Assembly (NCBI GenBank): GCA_947457935.1
Contig: CANGXP010000004.1
Location: 5,617 to 69,616, forward strand
Direction: 5' to 3'
Length of the DNA: 64,000 nt
DNA from: Alphaproteobacteria bacterium
GTDB lineage: Bacteria; Pseudomonadota; Alphaproteobacteria; JAJTHO01; CANGXP01
The stretch's first letter is position 1. Each line of letters opens with the position of its first letter. Of the stretch, positions 1 through 12,944 are shown one piece after another. The notes under the pieces are model-generated. The model had not been told where the DNA came from. It did no database searches and saw only the letters and a program-made list of their open reading frames with translations. The position numbers and the translations under genes were made by a program.

Positions 1-1013
1 AGCGGGCTTTCGACAACGCCTGACACGCCGCCTTCGGGCAGTTGAAACGCGGCATCGGTAAGTTCACTTAATAAATCGGTTTTGCCCACTTCGCCTAAAT
101 CGTTTAATTTTGCGCTGGGCACTTGCTTAACAATCTCCGCAAATGTAGTGCCTTTAGCGGCTAAATCTGCTGCTGTTTTTGCATCCATTTCGTCATCAAA
201 CAACAGTTGTGTAACGGTGCGTTTTTCAGGCGTTGAAAACAGGGCGGTATTTTCATCGTAGTATTTTTGCGCCTGTTCATCCGTGATGCTGATGTCTTTT
301 GCAAGGACAGCGGGGTCAACAATTACATAAGAAATGTTACGTTGTTCTTCGGTGACAAAACGGTTTTTGTTGGCTTCATAATAGGTATTGAGGTCGGTTT
401 CAGAGATTGTTTTTTCATCCACCACAGGGAACGGCACAAGGCTATAGCTTAATTTGCGTTGTTCGCCTGCAAAAGTTTGCAGTGCCTCTTGCAACACGGT
501 GGGGACAATGGTTGTGGTGCGGAATACTGTGCTGAAATATTGCGTGTTCAAGCCACTGCGGAGTTGGTTTAACAGTTGCTCTTCGGTTAGTTGCAGATTT
601 TGCAGCGTCAACATATAGCGCGTGCGCTCAAACTGCCCTTTTTCGTTTTGAAAGGCAGGAGTTTTCGCAATTTCTTGTTGCAGCGTGCTTTTTGCCAGCA
701 CAAGCCCTTGGGTGCGGGCAAATTCTGCATACAATTTTTCATTGATGAGGGTCTGCAAGCTGTTTTGGGCAATTTGTGGTAGGAATTGGCGGAGGGCGGA
801 TTTATCGCCAATCATCCGCTCAACCCGCTGAATTGCTGTGCCAAATTCTTGAGGGGTGATTTCTGCATCACCAACCGTTGCAACCGCTTGTTGTTTGCTG
901 CTTGTTGTTTGGCTGCCTGTGTCCATGCTGCCTATCACAAAGGCGATGGCGATGAGTGCCAACAGGGCTTTGACGACAAGTCCAGAAATTTTATCGCGGA
1001 AGAATTGAATCAT
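1..1013 (-). CDS. ppiD: PpiD/SurA-N-terminal-domain periplasmic chaperone (runs off the window start)
   Basis: Not in the ORF track. Read manually from ATG at 1013: MIQFFRDKISGLVVKALLALIAIAFVIG, an N-terminal anchor typical of PpiD. Divergent from tpiA, as in other alphaproteobacteria. Confidence 0.75.
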   Translation of the reverse strand, partial: MIQFFRDKISGLVVKALLALIAIAFVIGSMDTGSQTTSSKQQAVATVGDAEITPQEFGTAIQRVERMIGDKSALRQFLPQIAQNSLQTLINEKLYAEFARTQGLVLAKSTLQQEIAKTPAFQNEKGQFERTRYMLTLQNLQLTEEQLLNQLRSGLNTQYFSTVFRTTTIVPTVLQEALQTFAGEQRKLSYSLVPFPVVDEKTISETDLNTYYEANKNRFVTEEQRNISYVIVDPAVLAKDISITDEQAQKYYDENTALFSTPEKRTVTQLLFDDEMDAKTAADLAAKGTTFAEIVKQVPSAKLNDLGEVGKTDLLSELTDAAFQLPEGGVSGVVESP

Positions 1014-1023
1014 GGTGAAATCT

Positions 1024-1061
1024 CATTTGTGGGGGCATTTGTGGAGGGTATTTGTGGGGGG
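1024..1061. repeat. Three direct copies of ATTTGTGG(G/A)GG in the ppiD/tpiA divergent promoter region
   Basis: catttgtggggg catttgtggagg gtatttgtggggg. Confidence 0.7.
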
Positions 1062-1129
1062 CTTGCATTCCCTCTTCATTGTGTCTAGGAACATAGCCTG
1101 ATAAAATCAAGTTTTTTGAAGGATACACC

Positions 1130-1879
1130 ATGACGAAAAAATTTCTGATTGCGGGAAACTGGAAAATGCACGGCACGCTCGCGTTTACAGAAACGCTGTG
1201 CTCTGAGGTTGCCGCTTTGCTTAAAAAAGAGCCGTTGAAACAGGTTGACTTGCTGGTGTGTCCTCCGTTTACCGCGTTAAGTGGTGCATTAAAAACCTTG
1301 CAAAAAAGTGGCGTGTTGGTGGGCGGGCAGGATTGCCACCATGAGCCACACGGCGCGTATACAGGCAACATCAGCCCTGTTATGTTAAAAGATTTAGGCT
1401 GCACACACGTTATTGTGGGGCATTCAGAGCGGCGGCAATATGAGCGGGAATCAAATGCCCTTGTGAAAGAAAAGGCAGAGGCAGCGTTAGCAGCGGGGCT
1501 TATCCCGATTATTTGCATTGGCGAGACATTAGAAGAGCGGGAAACATCGCAAACTTTGGCGGTGATTGAACGGCAACTTGAAGGGTCTGTCCCCCGTGAT
1601 GCAACAGTTGTTATTGCATATGAGCCTGTGTGGGCAATTGGCACAGGGCGCGTGCCGACTATTGACCAAGTGACAGAAGTACATGCGGCTATTGCGAAAA
1701 AACAAAAAAGTTTTGGCAGTGTTTCAGGCACTGCGAAAATTCTCTATGGCGGGTCTGTTAAGCCGAGTAATGCAGCGGCATTGCTGAACGTGCCACACGT
1801 TGATGGCGCGTTAGTGGGCGGCGCAAGTTTAGAGGCGGCAAGCTTTTTCGCTATTGCCAAGGCAGCGGCAGGTCTGTAG
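1130..1879 (+). CDS. tpiA: Triosephosphate isomerase
   Basis: AGNWKM, VGHSERR, AYEPVWAIGTG, LYGGSV, LVGGASL motifs. Confidence 0.98.
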   Translation: MTKKFLIAGNWKMHGTLAFTETLCSEVAALLKKEPLKQVDLLVCPPFTALSGALKTLQKSGVLVGGQDCHHEPHGAYTGNISPVMLKDLGCTHVIVGHSERRQYERESNALVKEKAEAALAAGLIPIICIGETLEERETSQTLAVIERQLEGSVPRDATVVIAYEPVWAIGTGRVPTIDQVTEVHAAIAKKQKSFGSVSGTAKILYGGSVKPSNAAALLNVPHVDGALVGGASLEAASFFAIAKAAAGL

Positions 1880-2007
1880 AAGATATAGCCATCCTCATTT
1901 AGATTGATACATTGTCAGCCTTCGGCTCATGTATGTTTAGATACACATCGCCTTGCCTTCCTTGTGTCAATCTAAAGCAGGATGGCTATAATATTTGGAG
2001 AAGTTTT

Positions 2008-2331
2008 ATGGTACACGCGCTACTTGTTATTCATCTTATTGTTACCCTGTTGTTGATTGGGGTTATTCTGGTGCAAAAAAGCTCCAGCGGTGCATGGGGC
2101 AGCGGCGCGAGTGTTTCTAGCGGCGTGATGACAGCGCGGGGCACGCAAAATTTCTTCACCAAAACCACCTCTATTCTCGCAGGGATATTTTTATTTTTAA
2201 GTTTGGGACTGGCTGTTCTCTCAAAAACAGATGGCGGTGCGCGTAATTCTATTGTGGATGACATTGCTGTACAACCCGCAAAAACTGAGCCGCTTGTACC
2301 TGCAGTTCCTAGCGTTCCTGTGGCAAAGTAA
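2008..2331 (+). CDS. secG: Preprotein translocase subunit SecG
   Basis: Two TM segments around a Gly-rich loop; tpiA-secG-pyrG order; start moved to ATG 2008 after GGAG. Confidence 0.9.
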   Translation: MVHALLVIHLIVTLLLIGVILVQKSSSGAWGSGASVSSGVMTARGTQNFFTKTTSILAGIFLFLSLGLAVLSKTDGGARNSIVDDIAVQPAKTEPLVPAVPSVPVAK

Positions 2332-3969
<1,638 letters not shown>

Positions 3970-3985
3970 GCTTTTTTGCGGTTGG

Positions 3986-4016
3986 GGTTTACATTTTTTG
4001 TAAAGAATGATACGAT
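3986..4016 (+). promoter_or_regulatory. Sigma70-like promoter with palindromic operator (copy 1)
   Basis: TTTACA-17 nt-TACGAT; palindrome TTTACA-N5-TGTAAA overlapping the -35. Confidence 0.6.
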
Positions 4017-4043
4017 ACACTCTTGAATAAACAAGGAGTTGTT

Positions 4044-4244
4044 ATGCAAGTTGTGGAAGTTGCCCCTGTTATTGCACCGTCTACCATCAAGAGTTTTGGT
4101 GCTTTTGGCCCGAAGTATGAAGTTCTGAACCCATTGCATTGTTTAGAAAATGGTGACTGGTTATTTGCCGTTAAACTAATAGAAACAGGCGAAGAAGTGA
4201 CCTATAATTATGCTGATATTCAAAATGATCCAGAGGCAGTTTAA
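4044..4244 (+). CDS. DUF5397-like small protein, probable VapD partner/antitoxin
   Basis: KSFGAFGPKYEV...GDW...ETGEE...DPEA pattern; AAGGAG RBS; abuts vapD. Confidence 0.7.
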   Translation: MQVVEVAPVIAPSTIKSFGAFGPKYEVLNPLHCLENGDWLFAVKLIETGEEVTYNYADIQNDPEAV

Positions 4245-4523
4245 ATGTATGCTGTAGCGTTTGATTTGAGTGTTGACCAAACAAAATTGCACCATCCTAA
4301 GGGGGTATCCCAAGCCTACGCAGATATTGGTGCCGTGCTGCAAAAGCATGGTTTTCGACGCGAGCAGGGAAGCCTTTATGTTACAGATAAAGAGGATATG
4401 GGCTTGCTATTCTTAGCGATACAAGCGTTAAAAGTGTTGCCGTGGTTTCCAAAATCAGTGCGAGATATTCGTGCATTCCGCGTGGAGCAATGGTCTGATT
4501 TTACAACCGTAATAAAGTCGTGA
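4245..4523 (+). CDS. vapD: VapD family (Cas2-like fold) nuclease/toxin
   Basis: MYAVAFDL, QGSLY, WF..SVRDIRAFRVEQWSDFT signature. Confidence 0.88.
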   Translation: MYAVAFDLSVDQTKLHHPKGVSQAYADIGAVLQKHGFRREQGSLYVTDKEDMGLLFLAIQALKVLPWFPKSVRDIRAFRVEQWSDFTTVIKS

Positions 4524-4542
4524 TGTTTTTTAAGGGTGGCGA

Positions 4543-4573
4543 GGTTTACATTCTTTGTAAAAAATGATAGTCT
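4543..4573 (+). promoter_or_regulatory. Sigma70-like promoter with palindromic operator (copy 2)
   Basis: TTTACA-17 nt-TAGTCT; 25 of 27 nt identical to 3986-4012; -10 lies 7 nt before ATG 4581, so possibly leaderless. Confidence 0.6.
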
Positions 4574-4580
4574 CCTAATT

Positions 4581-4823
4581 ATGTTAGAAGTTTCCTATTC
4601 AGAATTTGCCGCAAGTTTGCCAGAGTTTTTTGCTCGTGCCAAAGCAGGGGAAGATGTTGTTGTGGTACAGGCAGGAGAGCGATTGACATTGAGTTCCTTG
4701 CCTCAACAAAAAGCCGATCGTAAACGCGCCTTGGATGAATTTGTTACATTTTGTAAAGAACATAAATTTGGATTATCTCCCGAAGAAGTGAAAGAATCGA
4801 TTGCAGAAGGACGGAAGTATTGA
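4581..4823 (+). CDS. Phd/YefM-type antitoxin
   Basis: EVSYSEFAASLPEFFARAKAGEDVVV N-terminus, C-terminal IAEGRK; overlaps the PIN gene. Confidence 0.75.
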   Translation: MLEVSYSEFAASLPEFFARAKAGEDVVVVQAGERLTLSSLPQQKADRKRALDEFVTFCKEHKFGLSPEEVKESIAEGRKY

Positions 4824-5239
4824 AATCGCTCGTTCTTGACTGTTCCGTTGTGTTTGGCTTCCATTTTTCAGACGAAAAAAATCAGTACTGCGATGCTGTA
4901 AAGTCTGCTTTACAAGACGGTTGTACTGCGCTTGTACCAGCGTTGTTTGTGCAAGAAATATCTAATGTTTTACTTGTAAATGAACGGAAGGGGCGTTGGT
5001 CTTTTTTAGCGATACGAGATTTTCTCGGGCATCTTGACGGTTGGTCAATACATGTTGCGTCTCATCTTCCCCTTATTGCCGTAACGTCGCTATTCCAACT
5101 CGCCCAACAACACACTCTCACCACCTACGATGCAACATACCTTGAACTTGCCCTGCGAGAAGGTGTGCCCCTAGCCACACAGGATAAAGCATTACAGAAT
5201 GCTGCTATCAACACAGGTTGTTTTTTCACAGGAATTTAA
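4820..5239 (+). CDS. vapC: VapC/PIN-domain toxin
   Basis: VLDCSV, EISN, TYDATYLELA, LATQDKAL PIN motifs. Confidence 0.9.
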   Translation: MKSLVLDCSVVFGFHFSDEKNQYCDAVKSALQDGCTALVPALFVQEISNVLLVNERKGRWSFLAIRDFLGHLDGWSIHVASHLPLIAVTSLFQLAQQHTLTTYDATYLELALREGVPLATQDKALQNAAINTGCFFTGI

Positions 5240-5593
5240 ATGCCCCACATCATTCTTGACCATGCAGCCCCCGTTGCCGAACGGGTGGATTTACCAAAAT
5301 TATTAAAAGACCTAACACACGCTTTAGCGGGAATTGAGACATTCGATATTGCCGCGATTAAAGCGCGTGCGGTGGCGTTGCAAACCTATAGTGTAGCAGG
5401 GCAAGAACCTGCTGCCCTGTTCGCGCATCTCTCCATCAATATTATGGAAGGGCGCACACCTGGCGTTTTAGAGCAAGTGCGGGAAAAACTGTTTGCCATC
5501 TTGCAAAACGGGATTGCGGCGGGTTATAGTGCTGCTGAATGCGCGATTAGCCAAGAAGTGCGCGAGATGAACAAAAACCTTTATAAAAAGTGA
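5240..5593 (+). CDS. 5-carboxymethyl-2-hydroxymuconate isomerase-like tautomerase
   Basis: N-terminal Pro (MPHIILD), IKARA, FAHL.I.IMEGRT. Confidence 0.75.
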   Translation: MPHIILDHAAPVAERVDLPKLLKDLTHALAGIETFDIAAIKARAVALQTYSVAGQEPAALFAHLSINIMEGRTPGVLEQVREKLFAILQNGIAAGYSAAECAISQEVREMNKNLYKK

Positions 5594-5600
5594 ATAGGCG

Positions 5601-7785
<2,185 letters not shown>

Positions 7786-7790
7786 TATAA

Positions 7791-7824
7791 AGGGAATAGA
7801 GTTTTGGCATTAGGGAATAGGAAG
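7791..7824. repeat. Degenerate heptamer tandem (AGGGAAT-type), single arm, directly before ATG 7825
   Basis: agggaat agagttt tggcatt agggaat aggaag. Confidence 0.4.
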
Positions 7825-8517
7825 ATGCCCCAACTCACCTTCAACGGTCTGTCTATCGACGTTACCCTCAAGAAGATAAAGGGGATGCGCCTTGTGGTTT
7901 CAGCCCCTGAGGGGCGGGTGCGGCTGTCTGTTCCCTTGCGGACGACAGAAAGTGCCATGCGCACCATGCTGCAACAGCATTGGGCGTGGATTCAGCAAAA
8001 ACAGGCTGCCTATCAAGCCCTGCCGCGCCCTTCAACACACACTTTTACCGAGGGTGAGTTGCATCCGTTTTTGGGGCGATTATACCCCTTAAAGATAGTG
8101 CCTACTTCCAAGCGCTCAAAAATTTTATTCCATAACAATGGATTAGAGATGCATACGGCAAAGACAAGCTCCGTGTTTCAACGATCGGCGGTGTTGACAC
8201 GGTGGTATCAAACAGAATTGCAAAAACTATTACCACCGATGATTGCCGAATGGGAGCAGGTGATTGGTGTTAAAACGTCGGGGTTTGTGATTCGGCAGAC
8301 AAAATCCCGCTGGGGCAGTTGCAACATCCGCACGCGGCAGATTATGCTCAATCTTGAACTGATGAAAAAGCCGCTGCATTGCCTTGAATACGTGGTGGTG
8401 CATGAGCTTGTGCACCTGTTAGAAGCCAGCCACAATGCACGGTTTAAGGGCTTTATGGATCAGTTTTTGCCGCCGTGGCGGGAGTATAAGAAAGAACTGA
8501 ATGGCGGACATTGTTAA
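7825..8517 (+). CDS. YgjP/DUF45 (M48-like) metal-dependent hydrolase
   Basis: KSRWGSC, YVVVHELVHL.E..H. Confidence 0.88.
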   Translation: MPQLTFNGLSIDVTLKKIKGMRLVVSAPEGRVRLSVPLRTTESAMRTMLQQHWAWIQQKQAAYQALPRPSTHTFTEGELHPFLGRLYPLKIVPTSKRSKILFHNNGLEMHTAKTSSVFQRSAVLTRWYQTELQKLLPPMIAEWEQVIGVKTSGFVIRQTKSRWGSCNIRTRQIMLNLELMKKPLHCLEYVVVHELVHLLEASHNARFKGFMDQFLPPWREYKKELNGGHC

Positions 8518-8523
8518 CGTATT

Positions 8524-8685
8524 ATACCAAGCACATTAAATTTCTAAAGAATTTCTGGATACCAGCTTTCGCTGGTAATTCGCACCACAGGCAGTCGCTT
8601 CTGGAGTGGCGAATCACCAGCGAAAGCTGGTGTCCAGTTATTTTTCTTATGATACGTTCCTTTAAGAATTTAATTGGCTTGGTAT
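8524..8685. mobile_element. Composite palindromic element: RPE-like termini enclosing a REP-like doublet
   Basis: Outer IR ataccaagcacattaaatttctaaa / tttaagaatttaattggcttggtat; inner IR ctggataccagctttcgctggtaattcgc (8555-8583) / gcgaatcaccagcgaaagctggtgtccag (8609-8637). Confidence 0.8.
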
Positions 8686-9473
8686 TACATCGCCTGTAAC
8701 AGCCGCAACGCTTTTTGATGCAGCGTACCACTGCTGGCGGCAACAAGACTACCATCCCACTCTTGCGTTAGGGAATTTCCCATCCAGTCGCTCACCACAC
8801 CGCCTGCCCCTTCAATGATGGGGATGAGGGCAACGACATCATGGAGTTTAAGGTTGGCTTCAATAACAAGGTCAATAGTGCCCATGGCAAGCAAACCATA
8901 GTTATAGCAATCCCCGCCATAGACAGGAAAGCGCACGCGATTGGCAATAAACGTGAAAATATTGTTTTGGTCAGCGTTAAAATTATGGGGGCCTGTACTA
9001 GCAAGAATGGCTTGGGAAAGTTCTAAACAAGCAGAGGTGCGGATAGATTTCTTGTTAAGCAGGGAAATATTATCCTTCATCCCTATCCATAATTCATCCA
9101 AGATGGGCTGATACAGAACGCCCACAACGGGTATGCCTTTGTGTAGCACACCGATGAGTGTGCCAAAGCTGGGCTTGCCGCTGATAAAGGCTTTCGTGCC
9201 GTCTATGGGGTCAATAACCCAAACAAACTCGGCTTCGGTGTTCTCACTCCCGTATTCCTCGCCAATAATGCCGTGAGTGGGAAAAGTATCAATAATAATT
9301 TGGCGAATACGTTGCTCGGCTTTTTGATCGGCGATGGTAACGGGCGTTTCGTCTTCTTTGTCGTGCTGCATCAACGGCTTGCGATAGTAGCTACTGATTA
9401 CCTTGCCACCCGCTCGTGCGGCTTTTTCAGCGCACTTTGCAATTTTTGCATAAAGAGTCGCGTCAAATGACAT
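8685..9473 (-). CDS. hisN: Histidinol-phosphatase (inositol monophosphatase family)
   Basis: PVTIAD, GEE, WVIDPIDGTKAFISG, GGDCYNY. Confidence 0.85.
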   Translation of the reverse strand: MSFDATLYAKIAKCAEKAARAGGKVISSYYRKPLMQHDKEDETPVTIADQKAEQRIRQIIIDTFPTHGIIGEEYGSENTEAEFVWVIDPIDGTKAFISGKPSFGTLIGVLHKGIPVVGVLYQPILDELWIGMKDNISLLNKKSIRTSACLELSQAILASTGPHNFNADQNNIFTFIANRVRFPVYGGDCYNYGLLAMGTIDLVIEANLKLHDVVALIPIIEGAGGVVSDWMGNSLTQEWDGSLVAASSGTLHQKALRLLQAM

Positions 9474-10024
9474 TATTTTGCAGGTTCTGGCAGTGGCGCG
9501 GGGCTATCACTGAGCGTTCTCATATACGCAATAATATTTGCCCGTTCTTGTGCGGTTTTAAAGCCCGCAAAGTTCATTTTTGTACCCGCAATATAGCTTT
9601 TCGGCTGATACAAGAAATGGTTGAGTGAATCGTAAGACCAAGTGCCCCCTTTCGCACGAAGTGCATCAGAATACGCATAATCTGTTACGTGCGCTTTTTC
9701 GCGGTTTACCGTATCCCACAAATGTGGTCCTACTTTGTTGGGCCCGCCTTTTTCAAAGCTATGACAGGTAAGGCATTTTTTATGCAACACTTCGCCTGCC
9801 GCAACATCCGCCGTTGCAAGCAGTGCCTCAATGGGTTCAGGTCCTTTGGGTGTATTATCCGCAATCTCAACGGGCGCAGATTCCACCCATTTATAGGCGT
9901 GTTCTTTGTGTTCGCCATGATGTTCATCGGGGAAGAATTGGCGGCTGAGGATGCTTGTGCCCAGCGTGATGACACCTGCAAGCAAAAGTGCACCAGCGAT
10001 TTTGTTACCTTCAAAGAAATTCAT
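9473..10024 (-). CDS. Membrane-anchored cytochrome c (CycM-like)
   Basis: N-terminal TM, CLTCH heme motif, GPHL, GTKMNFAG. Confidence 0.9.
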   Translation of the reverse strand: MNFFEGNKIAGALLLAGVITLGTSILSRQFFPDEHHGEHKEHAYKWVESAPVEIADNTPKGPEPIEALLATADVAAGEVLHKKCLTCHSFEKGGPNKVGPHLWDTVNREKAHVTDYAYSDALRAKGGTWSYDSLNHFLYQPKSYIAGTKMNFAGFKTAQERANIIAYMRTLSDSPAPLPEPAK

Positions 10025-10089
10025 AATGACTGCATTTTGTTTAGTGTTAAAATTTGCAATACTCAAACTCATATAATACTAGTATCAAG

Positions 10090-10944
10090 ATGACAATAAT
10101 CAATTCACCTATCGTGGCGTTTCAAGGGGTGGCGGGTGCCTATTCCGACCTTGTGAGCCGCACACTCTTTCCCAACGCAAAAACCCTGCCCTGTGCGGCT
10201 TTCGATGATGTTTTTGCCGCTGTAATATCGGGTAAAGCGGATGTTGCCGTTATTCCTGTGGAAAATTCTGTAGCGGGACGTGTTGCCGATGTGTATCACC
10301 TGCTCCCCGATGCAGGGCTGTTTATTCACGCGCAGCACTTCCAAAAAATCACACATTGTTTGTTGGGGGTGAAGGGAGCAGGGATTGCAGACATAAAAAA
10401 TGTGTATAGCCATGTGCAGGGACTTTCCCAATGTCGCGGCTATTTGCGGGATAAGAAATTTACACCAGTTGTGCATGTTGACACGGCGGGGGCTGCAAAA
10501 GACGTTGCATTGTGGGGCGATAAAACTAAGGCGGCGATTGCCTCTAGCCTTGCTGCTGAGATTTACGGACTTGATATTCTAGCGACCGATATTGCTGATG
10601 CCGCCCACAACACCACCCGCTTTTTGGTGTTGACCCGCGATAAGGCAATCCCTGTTGATGATGGCGGCGATTTTGTCACCACGTTGGTGTTTGAAACACG
10701 CAGCGTCCCCGCCGCACTCTATAAAGCCCTTGGTGGATTTGCGACAAACGGCGTGAATCTCAGCAAAATTGAGAGCTATTTACTCGACGGCAATTTTAAT
10801 GCCGTGCAATTTTATGTGGATGTGGAAAGCCACCCCGAACGCGACGCTATGCGCCATGCACTGGAAGAACTAAGATTTTTTAGTAAGGATGTGCGGGTAT
10901 TGGGGGTTTATCGTAAAGAAAGAAGCGATACAGAAACGGGTTAA
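10090..10944 (+). CDS. pheA: Prephenate dehydratase
   Basis: AFQG..GAYS, PVENS, NTTRF, C-terminal ACT domain (NLSKIES). Confidence 0.93.
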   Translation: MTIINSPIVAFQGVAGAYSDLVSRTLFPNAKTLPCAAFDDVFAAVISGKADVAVIPVENSVAGRVADVYHLLPDAGLFIHAQHFQKITHCLLGVKGAGIADIKNVYSHVQGLSQCRGYLRDKKFTPVVHVDTAGAAKDVALWGDKTKAAIASSLAAEIYGLDILATDIADAAHNTTRFLVLTRDKAIPVDDGGDFVTTLVFETRSVPAALYKALGGFATNGVNLSKIESYLLDGNFNAVQFYVDVESHPERDAMRHALEELRFFSKDVRVLGVYRKERSDTETG

Positions 10945-11008
10945 GTATTAAGGCAAAACTCATAATACAGCACCTCATCATTTATTAACCATTCTTGCTT
11001 ATAAGTAC

Positions 11009-11749
11009 ATGATGGATAGAATTGAGCGCGAACGACTTTTTCACGACAACCGTGTTGCAAGCAACTCAGAAAATCGTGATGCACAGCAAAAATATTACTT
11101 TGCCGTTGCGCCTTGCTATGAAAACTTCGCCGCCCGCATAACCAAACAAGCACTGGGAAAAGACGTGTTGGAATATGGTTGTTTTACAGGCGATAAAAGT
11201 CTGTCGCTCGCCACATCTGCCCACACCGTAACTGGTATTGATATTTCAGAAGCAGCTATTGCAACAGCAACGCAACAAGCAACGCTACAACGTCGAGATA
11301 ATGCCTTTTTTCATGCCATGAATGCAGAGAGTCTCTCTTTTGCCGACAATAGTTTTGATTTTATATTTGGGACAGGTATTTTGCACCATCTTGATTTAAA
11401 CCGTGCATACCAAGAGCTTTCACGCGTATTGCGCCCAAATGGCGTTGCTTTATTTATAGAACCGTTGGGACATAACCCCGTTATTAATGCCTATCGTCAT
11501 TGTACTCCTGATGCGCGCACAGATGACGAGCATCCTTTGTTGCGCAAAGATATACGATTAGCGCATGAATACTTTTCAAGTGCTACTATTCAATCAGCAG
11601 GCTTGTTGACTTTAGGAGTAGTACCACTGGGACAACAGAAAGCAGGACGCATCGCACGCGATTTTTTGACTGTTGCAGACAAAATTCTGCTTAAAATGCC
11701 TATTTTAAAATGGCAGGCGTGGATTGCTGTGTTGGAACTACGCCGCTAA
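11009..11749 (+). CDS. Class I SAM-dependent methyltransferase
   Basis: VLEYGC.TG, GIDIS, FDFIFGTGILHH, RVLRPNG. Confidence 0.88.
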   Translation: MMDRIERERLFHDNRVASNSENRDAQQKYYFAVAPCYENFAARITKQALGKDVLEYGCFTGDKSLSLATSAHTVTGIDISEAAIATATQQATLQRRDNAFFHAMNAESLSFADNSFDFIFGTGILHHLDLNRAYQELSRVLRPNGVALFIEPLGHNPVINAYRHCTPDARTDDEHPLLRKDIRLAHEYFSSATIQSAGLLTLGVVPLGQQKAGRIARDFLTVADKILLKMPILKWQAWIAVLELRR

Positions 11750-12944
11750 CCAACACCACAAGCACCCACAAATAATTACTAAACGAGAACGCTTCTACCT
11801 GCCCGATAATAAGAATATACAACATAATAGCAAGATACCAGTAACGTGCTGCCCACGGCTGGCTGATGCTATAGATAATGCTTCGAATGAACGCTTGCAG
11901 AAGAACAAACAGGAGCAAAAAAACGCCTATTATCCCTCCATCCAACATCATTTCAATAAAAATATTGTGACTGTGTGCGGGAACGCGTCCTTGTAGTATT
12001 TGTTGAAACAGCATTTGCACGTCTGGTTTCGCAAAAAAAACACGATAGCCATGTCCCCGCCAAAAGTTATCTTGGATATAATATTCCACTAAACTCCAAA
12101 TTTCTGAACGGTTTGTCAGGGTTCCATCCCGCCCCATGAAGCTTAAAATAGCCTCAAAATTAGCGACTACACCTGTAATGGTAATGATGATACTAATAAT
12201 GGAGAGGGTAAGAAACAGCGGTAATCGCGTGGGAGCGACAGAACGAATCGCACTAAAAATACAGACAAACAATAGTGTTAGCACCGATGCAGCGAGTGAT
12301 GACTTTGCATTACTAAGATACAACATAGCAAAACAACAGAGTGCGAGTGCTATATCTTTTTGGGAACGGCTTGTCATCGCCTTGAATAAAAAGGTTATAC
12401 AGCCAATCCCTAACACAAGCCCTAAAGCATTTTTAGTCTGAAAAACACCATTCCAACTCCCTCCATAAAGCCCCCCACTACTGATTGCCAAAGACGGTAT
12501 CAACAATACAAACAGTAAACTTCCCAACAATAAAATCGTAACTGTAACACTAAAAAAATGCATTATTTGTTCTGCTGAGCAGCGCATACTGAGATATACT
12601 GCAAACAGTGTTGTAAGCAACGCAGACACCGCTCTAAAAAGGGTTATCTCTGGAAATTGCGACCACGCCGTAGAGACGATTAAATACCCTAACAGCACAA
12701 AAACAGTTGCCAAACGTCTAATTTTTATAAAAAATTCACGCCAGTTCCACGCAAGATATATCAGCGGAAAAATATATGTTAGCAACAGAAGTGGAGGCAA
12801 AATCACAGAATTTTCTCTGTTAGTTTGATCCACTGCTCCTAATTCCAACAACGGAATAAACGCCTTCATCATCAACAGAAAACTGAAAATGATGAGGCTT
12901 TTTTCCCACCATGGCAGGTCTATTGATGCGTGTGATTGCGCCAT
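11700..12944 (-). CDS. Wzy/O-antigen ligase family polymerase
   Basis: Multi-TM; KNALG, TLTNRSEIW, HSHN..IE...GG.IG; start MAQSH at 12944. Confidence 0.8.
   Translation of the reverse strand: MAQSHASIDLPWWEKSLIIFSFLLMMKAFIPLLELGAVDQTNRENSVILPPLLLLTYIFPLIYLAWNWREFFIKIRRLATVFVLLGYLIVSTAWSQFPEITLFRAVSALLTTLFAVYLSMRCSAEQIMHFFSVTVTILLLGSLLFVLLIPSLAISSGGLYGGSWNGVFQTKNALGLVLGIGCITFLFKAMTSRSQKDIALALCCFAMLYLSNAKSSLAASVLTLLFVCIFSAIRSVAPTRLPLFLTLSIISIIITITGVVANFEAILSFMGRDGTLTNRSEIWSLVEYYIQDNFWRGHGYRVFFAKPDVQMLFQQILQGRVPAHSHNIFIEMMLDGGIIGVFLLLFVLLQAFIRSIIYSISQPWAARYWYLAIMLYILIIGQVEAFSFSNYLWVLVVLVSGVVPTQQSTPAILK

Noticed and set aside
991-1731. Long antisense ORFs (also 29255-29968, 62605-63354, 19415-19954)
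   Set aside because: Shadows of well-supported genes on the opposite strand, with no recognisable motifs
4245-4523. Cas2/CRISPR locus
   Set aside because: The protein has the VapD signature; no cas1 and no repeat-spacer array anywhere in the window
8511-8699. 62-aa ORF containing WIPAFAG
   Set aside because: It is the translation of the palindromic element, not a credible gene
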